This document shows, one piece after another, positions 12,601-24,600 of a stretch of 64,000 nucleotides of DNA. Origin of the DNA: Phoronis australis (lineage: Eukaryota > Animalia > Phoronida); the NCBI GenBank assembly GCA_002633005.1, contig NMRA01000399.1:326089-390088 (forward strand). Reading direction: 5' to 3'. Made by a program: the position numbers and the translations under genes. The notes under the pieces are model-generated. The model was given only the letters and a program-made list of their open reading frames with translations, searched no databases and was not told the origin of the DNA. Position 1 is the stretch's first letter. Every line of letters begins with the position of its first letter.

Positions 12601-15600
12601 GTCTGTGTTGTTCATTTCTGTGTTTTACACGTGCCATTGTCCGTGTTGTTCATTTCTGTGTTTTACACGTGACATTGTCCGTATTGTTCGTTTCTGCTTG
12701 ACCATTTACATTCCTGACTTCTTGAGTATTTCTGTCACAAATGGACAATGTTTAATTTGTGGGAGGAGTTTATTGCATGCTCCACCTCTTATTGCGTAAC
12801 ATCTTTCTCGATTTCTATAGGGTATTCCAGGCGAGGCTGGCCAACCAGGACCTGTAGGCGTCCCAGGTTTGATGGTAAGGACAGTAGCGCTGTCTGTTGT
12901 TTAGTTTCTGCAATAAAATGTTCAAAACAAAAGTAAATGTACATCTCTAGTACAAACCTTTTCGATTCGAGTGTGTTTTACACCGTAAATAACTTCTACA
13001 TTCTTCCATTGTGACCCAAGTTTGTCAGCTTCATCTCTATTTTTTGGTTCAACGCTCGATTTTGCCGAATCATAGTAGTCGACAAATGAATTAGGGGATA
13101 TTGGTTTCATTGTGATAAAGATGAATGTCTATTCCGTTGAGATTCATATCTCTCGGCGTTTTAATCGTACGTAGCCTACAGAATTTAATCCACTGGAATA
13201 CGTGTACTGTACAATGTGTGACTAATTGTTTTACAAATGACTGTATATGAACTGTACAATGTGTGACTAATTGTTTTACAAATGACTGTATATGAACTGC
13301 AGGGTGCCCCGGGAGCTGTGGGTCAACCGGGAGAATCGGGCCCACCCGGTATTCCAGTAAGTGACAGCACTCCCTCCGAGCACCATTATGTTGATCCCGC
13401 TCATCCATCAATTAAACTCGACTTCACTTTAGTCTCAATACCCGTCTAGCGTCTCAAAGTGGTAACTGCTAATCCCAACCTGCTTCCTTCACACTACCTT
13501 ATGTCTTTTCCACCCACTTCCGTTTCCTCCATTTATCAACCTCTGCTTCACGCCTCAGTTTGGTTATGTATTATCAGGGTCCTATCGGTCTTCCGGGATT
13601 TCCTGGAGAGCAAGGTCAACGTGGAATTCCGGTAAGTATGATGTAACCGGAAGTAAATCGTGTTTCCATGTCACATTTGGCACAGGAATATTTCAGGTGT
13701 GAAAAATGTAATGAATTTTTTTCTTCAATTTAAAGTGTCGTCATTCGATTCTATTTTTGCGACTTTCTATTCAAACCAATACAATACAAGTCAGGTTTTT
13801 AATGAAAAGGCTTGAAATATTACTTTTCACAATCATCTGGAGATGCATCGCGTTACGCATCAAGACTGTCGTGACGACGCATTTAGCTCGTGCGCAAACA
13901 GCCACGTCCAGTCACACGGTAATCCGTTTTATAGGTCAAAAATGGGTAAGCTTATCATTGGTTGGAAACCTTATTTGGCAAGAGCATTACTCGCGCGTCA
14001 CCACTGAAGTCCCCAAGTCCTTAAAGTGGCCAGAGATGGGCACTTGAAGAGTTTTAGAAAAACAGGCTGCTGCTCTTTTGTTTTGTTTTGTTTTGTTTTG
14101 TTTTGTTGCGTTCCACTGCACGCTATATAAAAACCTGTGTATCATTTGATTTTAGCTTTTCGTCTTTTCCCACACCACTTACTGTGACAGTTCCGTTCAA
14201 AGGAACAGCGTTCTCCCATTTAGCCCGTGCATGTAACTGTTCCATTTCCTACGCCCATTCCGTGGCTCATGGCAAAGTCGATAGATGTTTTGGTGCATAT
14301 TTAATACTCGTATGGAAAGAACCGAGAATCAGTAGTTTGATTGATAATGACTACACTTGAATATTTTCGCCTGTTTCACAGAGTCGACTGGCTAAGGCAT
14401 CTGACTGGTACGTAAACCGGAAGTTGTCATCAATTTCACCGTGAACTTTCGTTATTTAGATGAGCTCGTTGTGTCAATTTGATCAGAGCTTCTGCTTGTA
14501 CTGGCTTAATCAAATTCTTCGTGAAGAAAACGTAACGGCTTCACTTCAATGACGTCATTCCTTCGTATAACATTTGCTTCATACATTGTATGTTGACTAC
14601 TAAACGATTACGAATCGTCACCTATGTTTTGATGGATAGTGTAATTACCACGATTTGTTTATAAGTTGTTTTGTGACTTACGAGCCTTATACAATGCGGC
14701 GTCATAACGCTTTTCTCCTTAGTTTGCGATTTCTGAACTGATTACAATCATTTTAAGGCGTTCTGCCGCAGACATGGCTTCGAGTAATAGACGAATCGTA
14801 TGGTGCTACGTTTTGAGAACGACAGTACTATGTTTTAATTAAGATTGTAAATGACCGAATTGTTTCTTGTTTCATGGCGTCGTCTTTAAAAACACGTGTG
14901 CGGTATTAGACGCCATTATAAGCAGCAGAATATCACAGTATAATGTTTTCTCTCCAGGGACCGCCAGGAACACCAGGACTGCCGGGTGAGACAGGTCGAC
15001 CAGGCCCTCCTGTAAGTATTCTTGACCTCTGTCCTTCAGCTGCAAAGGATGTTTTTACAGCCATTCGATCGTACACGTGGCAAATTAACGGATTATATGA
15101 AACGTATACACAGCGTGAATTATTTGTAAGTCGATGTAATTTCCAAAATTCGTCATGTAAAGAGTACTGTAAAAGACGACTGTAGTTACATTATTTGGGC
15201 CACAAATTACTTTAAACAGGTTTTTCAAAATAGAAGTTAAAAGGTACTAGACATAATGCTTCGCTTGCAGTGTGGTTACAGAGTATGAGTGATGAAAAAT
15301 TAACAAGCAGTGGTGTTGACTTTTAGCTCCATAAAAGTTCAACGAATTTTTAACTTCAGTACTTTCGTTCAAGAATGATTGTGATTTCATTTTTCCAAAT
15401 GTTATGTTATATCAGTCTGCCTTGTTTCAAATGACCCCATTTTACCAGCACACCACACTTCAAGATACTGGCGAGTAAAAGTTAGTTTGATCACGTGCTT
15501 CGCTTGTAATGCGTGGCGATATCTCACGAAGTCTTGCTTGGCCTAAGTTTTCTCGCTAGAAATTTGTTCCAAATAACGCAGCCCATACGTTGTTTTATCA

Positions 15601-18600
15601 TACAAACCATGCTAACAGTGAAATAAAAATGTTCATTTATGTTGAGAATTCTCCCAAAATAAAATCTCATTTCCAACAATACTATATGTTACACAGCTGA
15701 AGAAGTATGTTTAACCATTCCATCTACACATTGTAGGGTAACCCAGGTCCACAGGGAATGCCTAGCACGGAAATTGGTCCACCTGGCCCACCCGGTCATC
15801 CAGGCGATAGAGGTCTGCCAGGACCTGTGGTAAGTACGTCACGTGTTTTTGTTGGTAAGCTGCAAATATTAGATCACCTTATTCGTATTCAATTGAGAAT
15901 TATGGTGTTCGTCACGAAATTATCCCGTCCAGATTTGAACACTCTACTTTCGCGGAGATATTAGCGAATTGCTTTAGTAGATTAGTTTTTGAAATGTCGG
16001 GAAATTTTTAGTCTTGTGTGTTACTAGATGCTGGCGTCACCATTCAAACTGTCTGCGATAATAAAACATTGTTGTCTTGAGAAAGATATGCAACGGATTT
16101 ACAATATTGTGTGTAAATGACGCCGTTGTATTTCGGACTAATGGACATCATTAAACTACGTCAGGGATATTCATGGTGAAACTAATGTAATGCGCCTCCT
16201 CCAGAGGGCGCCTCGCTCTAAAAGAAATGAAAACGCTTTGTAGTAAACATGCCGCGCAGAATCATAGTTATTTGCTCTCTGATGATTCGAAGGTTATTGT
16301 TTCAAACGTAGTGTATACATGTTGACTTCTATTTAACAGGGTAAGGATGGTGGAAGAGGTGATTCTGGCACCCAGGGTCAACCAGGACCTCCAGGGCTGA
16401 AGGGAGAGATGGGTCCGGTCGGTGGCAGTGGAGACAAAGGTCCGCGGGGACGACCAGGCAGCATGGGACGATCTGGAGCATCCGGTCCGAAAGGAGAGCC
16501 TGTAAGAAGCTGGGCTATTGAGAATTTTTGAAATGTCGAAGAGTTAGGAACATAATGCTTAGAAAACTGAAGAATAAATGTATGTATATTGGAGATAAAG
16601 GTTGACACAAAAAAATGAGAAAAAAGCGATTATTTATTTGCGCTGATGTATTAGGTAAACGTCATTTTGTCTCGCTGTAATGTGTGCCATAATTTCTGAA
16701 GAACAACCTATGGTAACATTATTTTCATGTAAGTAAGTGAAGTTTTAATGGCTAAATCTGTTCCGAGAGCTTTCTGTTTTATACACGATGTTTTTTGAAA
16801 TGCAGATGTTTTTTGTTCAACTGCTCGTGGCTTGCCAAATAGACATTAGCACTAATGTTTTGTCACAGGAGATCTCTATGGTTATTACAGTATATCAATG
16901 TTTGTTGTGATTAACTTCCGTTGTCAAAAAGAATGCAAAAAGCGGCAAAGTCATCGTTAAACGGGCACTGGTCTAGACATCTTGAGAAGGTCTACTCATT
17001 TAAATGTTTGGTTAAGATTTTACGTCTATATTATTTTTTAGGGTTTATTGAAAATGTCAAAGAAACAACTTTGAACCAAGTGTTTTATTTCCAATATGAT
17101 TTCTTTCTAGGGCTTAGACGGCATGCCGGGACCAGGCGGGTCACCAGGCATACAAGGACCCACCGTAAGTAATTTGGGCGGGTCACCAGGTATACAAAGA
17201 CCCACTGTAAGTAATTTGGGCGGGTCACCAGGTATACAAGGACACACTATTAGTAATTTGGGCGGGTCACCAGGCATAGGAGGATCCACTGTAAGTAATT
17301 TGGGGCCAGAAATTCAGAATTAATTTAAAGCTGCATTTCGCGCTGTTCAGCTGGCTAAAAAGGAAATTCGAATTGAACCCTTTTATTCTCCCAGATTCCG
17401 TCTCGTAATAGTCCATGATTTAATCCTATTTCCATTACCAACCTTTGAGTATCAGCATAGTTATCAATCTTCCGTGATCACTTTTCGCCTGGGTATTTGT
17501 AACTTCAATTGCTCATTTGAAAATTGACGTGTTGACCTTGACTTTGTAGGGTCTTCCCGGCGAACCAGGACCAGTTGGGCCACCTGGTGAGCCAGGCGAT
17601 AGGGTAAGTCTTACCACCAGCAGAGGCATACTCCTGTAAATAGAATTAAGTTCGGAAGGAAGGAACTGTGATCACGTGCTTCGCTTGTAATAAATGGCGA
17701 TGTATCGCGAAGGGTTACGCGATCTTGTGTTTTCGTAAGGTTCTCGGGTATATGAAATGCACTCTAGATCCGTGACTAAGAAATTTTCAAATTGTGACCG
17801 TGACTAGTATGTGATTTACACGATGGTTTCTTGAATTACAGTTGATGGTTGCAGAAGTTGATGATTCATTTAATTTCGTTTTTGTTAAAGCGTAAATGAA
17901 GAGTAAAGAACAGAATTAATTCACGTATCCACGAACTCATTGGTACCATATAGTCTGGCAAAATCTTTATTACCACGTGATCTTATGTACTATGTTAACC
18001 ATTTTGTCGTTTGAAAACCACTCCATACTCTCATCAAAAGAGCCGCATCAAATATAGCTAGCGTGCGTTCACTCTTTCAAAATCTTAAATTTATCAGATT
18101 TACAAACAATTCTCAAGCAAATATACTAGATCCTAATTTAGATACATAGTTCACAGTAATGATAGCAACTGTCAGTTTTAGGTGACTATTGTGAGGTAGA
18201 GACGTGTAGTCACCTTAAAAATCATACTTACAGTAGAAGTTCCCTCCAATATGGCACCAAATCATTTAATTTTGAGGTCGGGATCATGGACTAAATAATT
18301 AAGCCTCGTTTTCATCATAGGGTGAATCGGGGACAGTTGGAAGTAAAGGTTCCAAGGGTGAGAGCGGCAGTGTTGGCAAGGCAGGACCTCAGGGTCCGAG
18401 AGGATCACAGGGACCGCCAGGCATTCCGGTAGGAAATTAACAAGTCCAGTGATTACATGATCGTATTTGTAGCATCGTATCTCTAATGTGCAACAGAAGT
18501 CCAGGTGCACGCGATGTGCACGCGCAGCCTTAGATTACTCTCGTCATCTATGCAGCGTTGTCTCATCGTCTTCTTGGAATTTGTCAGAGCCAAATAATTA

Positions 18601-21600
18601 CAGTATAAAGGTGAATCGACGAAAATGCTGAAAAGTGATCATTTCGCTATTTAGAAAATGTTTGATGAAATAGTATTCGCTAGAAGAGCCACATTTTTTG
18701 TAGTTGCTTTTATTCCAAATTTTATGTCGCATAATCTACTTCTATTGATCTCTGGAGATTGCTGTAACCTTAATGTATTTCACCATTTTCAATCGCAGGG
18801 TCCTAGCGGTGAAATGGGCTCCCCAGGCGCACAGGGACCCATCGGTCAGAAGGTAAGAATTTCGTGACGTGCTTACGGTCACACGTTTTCTCTCTTTTTA
18901 TGTTTTCCGAAAATTATCAATATCAGAGGACTCTCGAATATTTAAAATATTTTGGGCTCTCCAATTATTCACCAACTCTCCTGCAATCCTTTACCGTTTT
19001 ATAAAGAACTCTGAACTGTCTATTGTTGACACATAAAAATATAGGTTTTCTCAATCCCAGTACATATCAAATCATTTAGGTAAATTTTGATCAAAAGTTT
19101 CTTGTGTGAAGAACATTATTGCACGACCATGTTTTCATAGGGTGCGGACGGACCACGCGGCGGCCCAGGCCCAGCGGGTGTGCCTGGACGGCAGGGTATG
19201 CCAGGACCTGTTGGAGATAAGGGGCCTCAAGGTGACGATGGCAAGATTGGCCCGCCCGGTCCTCCGGGACCGATCGGTGCCACGGGTACTCCAGGAGCAG
19301 TGGTAAGTCGTTTTGCAAAGAATGAAATTTAGCGCATGTCGGAATCATCACAAAAGACGTTGCGTCTAAGAACTGTTCCTAACTAATTGCCACACAAAAA
19401 GTGGTAGGCTTACTTTATGTCCGTATGCTACTGATAGGCAAACCCGTTTGCCTGCCACACCCAAGTGCTAATTGAATCGATACAGGACTGTTCTGACGAA
19501 AAAAGAAAATCACGAATGATCCTGCAATATCACGGAGTGAGTGGTGAGTCTTTCGGAGTTACCACTGGAGTTTTACTTACGTACACGAACAAAATGGTTA
19601 CAACTGAAATGATTTGTCGGCTGGAATGTTGAATTATGTTAATATAATTGGCGTTTCCGTTCCTTAAGTGAAGATTTCTCACCTCAAGGTGTCTAGCAAA
19701 TGCTCAGCGTTTACGGAAGGTGCACCAGTTATACATGTACGTTGTGACCACTGTTGAAACTACTATATTTTCATGCAGAAAGCATTTAGTCTCGGAAAGC
19801 ACTTGCCCATTTATTTCCGTAGCTAAAACACACTGCTCTCGTCATTTGTTGCTGTTATGTGACCTTCGCTTGAAGTTTCCAATCTATCCATAAAAATGAT
19901 AATTCAAATCAGTTGGCAACACTTTAATCAATGAAAACGCTAAGATAAAATATAAATGAAGTGAAAACAGCTTACGTAAGCAAGTCACGCAAGCATAAAT
20001 CTCTTCGATTAATTTTTAGGGTAAACCCGGAGATCCTGGTTACCCTGGCAACGAAGGACCTCAAGGACAGAAGGGTGACCCCGGCGTAGCCGGCTCAGCT
20101 GGTGTAGACGGCAGAGACGGAGAAACGGTAAGCATTCTCAGTACAGGAGTTGGTCGCTGTTCATCTTAAAGGGATATGATAGGTTTTACGCCTTTTGGGA
20201 ATTATTGGTGGATAGGGTGAACTTGTTGCACTAATTAAATTCTTGCATTAATTAGCTTTGACCAAAGTTATAAAACAAGAAAATCCGTTGCGTTTTCATG
20301 ATTGCAAATCTCCAATTCTCGCAATGGTCGAAAATCTTGCAATTCTCGCCAGTTAAATACCCTTCAAGACTCTGTCGTTCATCTAGTGAGGTTAAGCTCA
20401 CCCAGTAAAGATTTGCACTGCGGCAGCGCGGTGGCTTGAGTTCAACTGCACGTTGGGGCTAATCTCGGAAAACCACTTTTCTCTTCGATAATGTTGCTTT
20501 AACCCAGATGTATTGACTGTGGTAGTTGAATTGACGTCAGTTTCCGGTTCCGAGATTGGCTGTAAATAAAGGAATTTACAATTTCTATTTTCATGAATAA
20601 CACCAGAAATTTTTATTGACGTAGGAGCGCTTCCTGCAACTTACGTAATTTTATGAAATAGTTGTTATACAGCAATGACCACGCCTGCATCCTTCTTGAC
20701 TGTATTAAAATAAAGCCTCACAGTCATCCCGTGACCTAATCGCTCTGAAACCGATGTCCTGGGTTTAACCAAACAACTCACATTGAACGATTCCACTTAA
20801 AACCAAGCGAAAGTGGCGACGCAGTGGTTAACTGAACAAAACCAGTTTATGTTTGGCATATGTCCCGAATTGTTAACTATTATTCTAGTACATAATATGG
20901 AGTGATAAATAGGTATATATACATCGTGTGGAAGATGATTTATCTCTGGAAACATGAACATGAAAATGAAAGTATTTTGCAGGTATATCACTGTCGCTTT
21001 TGCATTTGTTTTAGGGTGTACGCGGTCCACCGGGACCCAAAGGTGATTCGGGTTCTCAAGGTCTGCAGGGCCCTGCAGGAGAGCGCGGTGTAAGGGGTGA
21101 GGACGGACAGAAAGGAGAGGACGTAAGTTCAAAGAGGCTTTTGTGGGCACATTATTAAAGGCTTGGAAGTACTGGCCTATCTACATTGCTAGAGGCTTTC
21201 TCGCAAAATGTTCTCGAAGTTTGGCGATATTTTTTAATTATTTATCAAAAATTCAGCAAACATTTTTCTTATGAAGTCCTAGGTAAATCATTGCACACAG
21301 CTTGTTAATGCGGATAACAAATCGGATTGTGTTTTGATGTTATAGTTGCTGCCAGAAATTTAATTATTCTGTATCTGTATTCTTTCTTTGTCCCAAATCG
21401 CCATTGTTCGAACTAACACTTCTCCTCTTTGAGGTGTGTGTCGTATTTTGTTTTTCGTTCAGTTACTTTTTTCAGAAATTCATTTTATTGATATTTCTGC
21501 AAGCAAAAATAGCTCAAATCTTTATATCATCACTATCTGCTTAGAATGAAATCGACATATTCTATTGCTTACTGCAGTATTCATTTTCCTCTACGTTTAC

Positions 21601-24600
21601 TCTCGAATTTTGTCCCTGGGTCTTTTGTAAAACCTTGATTAATCATTTCAGGGTCCTATTGGTTACCCTGGTCCACCGGGCCCGGCCGGATACGTCGGAC
21701 CCAAGGGTGACAGAGGAAAACCAGGTAGCGATGGAAAGAACGGGAAAAGAGGACACGTGGTAAGATTTTAAGTCGTTGCAAAGCATTTTTTGAGGTATAA
21801 GACGTCAGCTTTTTTCATAGGCATATTTGCTCCTCCAAAGTATCGTTATCGCGTTTATTTCCTGTGTTTGAATTGTTATCGGTTACGATAAATTACCCAG
21901 AATCCTCCGACAGCCACACTGCCTTGATGACTGACACTAAACTGCCGTGACAAACAACTTCATCAATGCTGTGCGAAGCAGTAACCATTTGTGAGTTCTT
22001 CTCAAGCTTAAAACTAATTCTAGTCTGAATAAGAAACAGGGTGAGACCCTCTATGACATAAATCAAAAGTTTATTTTGACAGAAGGGACCCCTAAGGGAT
22101 TGCTTGATGACAGGATATCATTTATGTACTTATGTGTAAACATCGAATACTGAAACTTTTCATCAAAGAAATTTGCGCTGCAGGTTTTACTTCAATTTGT
22201 TGAAGACACTAAATGAAATCGTATCAAAGTTCTCCTTCACACTCGAAGCTATTACATCATAAGTACAGTCCAGATAAAAGCTTTATTTCTTCTCGTAGGG
22301 ACCGGCGGGACCTCAAGGCGAGCAAGGTTTGCCCGGACCCCCGGGCAAGTCAGGTCAACCTGGCGTCCCGGGCTTACAAGGTAACGACGGGGAACCGGGC
22401 GATAAGGGCGACACGGGAACGCGCGGTATACAAGGCGATATCGGAGTACCAGGACCCCCTGTAAGTATAGCGGAGCATGTTTTTGTTGAGAGACGTAAAG
22501 GAGGACGGCTATGTGGCAAACAGGGCGACATGCGAATACCACGTTGCCTGTGAGTATTGGGGAATATGTGATCATTTAGAGATGCAAAGTAAAACAGTTA
22601 TGTGCTAAACAGGGCGACGTGTGACTACAACATGGTTCTTACTTCACGATAACGTTCATTACACCATTAATTAACAAATGTCGTGTCCGTTTTCACAAGA
22701 ATCTGTGATCATGTGACCGACAGTTTCAGAGTATTTGCAGTAAATCGTGTGTTTCTACTGAAACTTCATGAAATGAAAACCACTTCGCGACTGAGAAACA
22801 AATTTAAGCGACTGCGAGGCAGATCTAAGATGGTGCAGAGACGTGACCCAATCACAAATTTGAAAGGAAAACTCTTTCGGCTCCCCCATAACGACGTGGC
22901 GGCTGCCTTTCTTGTTATTTTTGGTCGTGGGTCAGAGGGTAGGCACCCTTCCCCTTTCAAAGTCTGCCTATGCCTTGTACTTGGCAGGTGTTCCGCAGTT
23001 TTGGATGGTGCCTCACACGTGCACGACTTTGTTACGTATTGCAGTCTCCAAACACTACGTTATTTATAAGTGACAAAACAAAACTACCTCAACAAAATAC
23101 AAAAAATACAAGTGCCGCTATGTTACGTCATACCATGTTACATGTGAAAAACAATGAACGCTTATTATTCTAGGGAGCAACTGGACCACCAGGACCTACA
23201 GGGTTACCAGGACAACCAGGGCCTAATGTAAGTATCCAAGGGAACACTTTTTGTTCATAAATAAACGAAGAGCGCTTTTTGCGTTTTGAAACATAGTGCC
23301 ATATAAGCGACCTAAAATGGCGATTTTCTCAAGGTATGTAAAGATAACACAAAAAGGCAGGAAATGACGTCATAAGCCGAAGAGAGACTTGTGGACTACT
23401 ACAACATATAAACATTGATAACTCTAACGAATGGGATTGTTACACCTGACTAAATAACAAGCGACAGTTTGACAGATAGCGAGGCTACTAGCAAACTAAA
23501 TAACATGTCATAGTTTGTTTGACTGATATCGAGGCTAGTAGCAAACTAAATAACAGGTGACAGTTTGACTGATAGCGAGGCTACTAGCAAACTAAATAAC
23601 ATGCGACAGTTTGTTTGGCTGATAGCAAGGCCACTAGCAAACTAAATAGTATGCAAAAGTTTGTTTGGCTGACAGCGAGGGAACTAGCAAACTAAATAAC
23701 ATGCTACAGTTTTTTTACCAATAAGGATGCTACTATCAAACTAAATAACATGCGACAGTTTGTTTGACTGATCAGCGAGGCTACTAGCAAACCCGTATCA
23801 TTTTGACATTTCTATTTTTGCCAACATAATTGATGTATCAATATCGTCACGTAGGGAGACGCGGGCAGTACTGGTCCACCTGGTCCGTCAGGTGACGCCG
23901 GCATTCCGGGGGCGCAAGGACCACCGGGCGTTCAGGGTGACGTCGGTCAAAAGGGAACCAAGGTAACAGACAACTACTGTTGGCGTGTTGTTACAGCACG
24001 CGCTGGAGGTGCAGGTGGTCGCGTCATTTCTCTTCAAGTTCAGGGAGTGTTCAGAGACTAATAATTCGTTGTTTGAAATCTCTGGGGATAGCATTTCGTG
24101 TTAGTATTAAGTGATTTGGAGTGTACATATTTGATTCATGGTCGATTGTTTGCGATTTGTAAACATTATGTAATTAATGTTACTCACAATTAGAACTGTT
24201 GAAGTGCGAACTTGGATTGTTTCTCAGGCACAAAATCATAGTCGCATGTTCACCTGTGGTTCAAGTTTTCGTGTATACGTTTGAAAGCCGGGCTCATTTC
24301 TTTCTTAGGGTCATAGAGGAAATATCGGTGCCGGTGGCACTGCTGGAGAACAGGGTTCTAAGGGAGAGACAGGCCCACCCGGCCGAGATGGGCCTCCAGG
24401 TGGGAAGGGGGACCAGGTGAGTATTAGTTCCTGTTCCGCCGAATACTTTGCAAGTGATCTTGTTCATCTCAATATTGTGTTTGGGTATTAAAGTGACAAG
24501 ACAAACTTCAAGGAACTACCGTACATTTTTGAATTTGGTTTTCAAATCAAAATAACATTTTTGAAAGTGTGCACTTAATCACCCGTCATACTTCCGTTGC

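Noticed and set aside
13927-13951. ttttatag|gtcaaaaATGG|gtaagc: possible 11-nt micro-exon or alternative start inside the collagen intron
   Set aside because: Not a multiple of 3 and not Gly-X-Y; the phase-1 donor has no compatible nearby collagen acceptor. It could only be a poison exon, and there is no evidence for that.
13969-14133. Perfect CArG box (CCTTATTTGG) and TATATAAAA suggesting an internal promoter
   Set aside because: Short motifs are expected by chance in AT-rich introns, and no in-frame first exon joins the next collagen exon.
14382-14407. 26-nt AG/GT-bounded segment
   Set aside because: Frameshifting, not collagenous, and contains stops in the useful frames.
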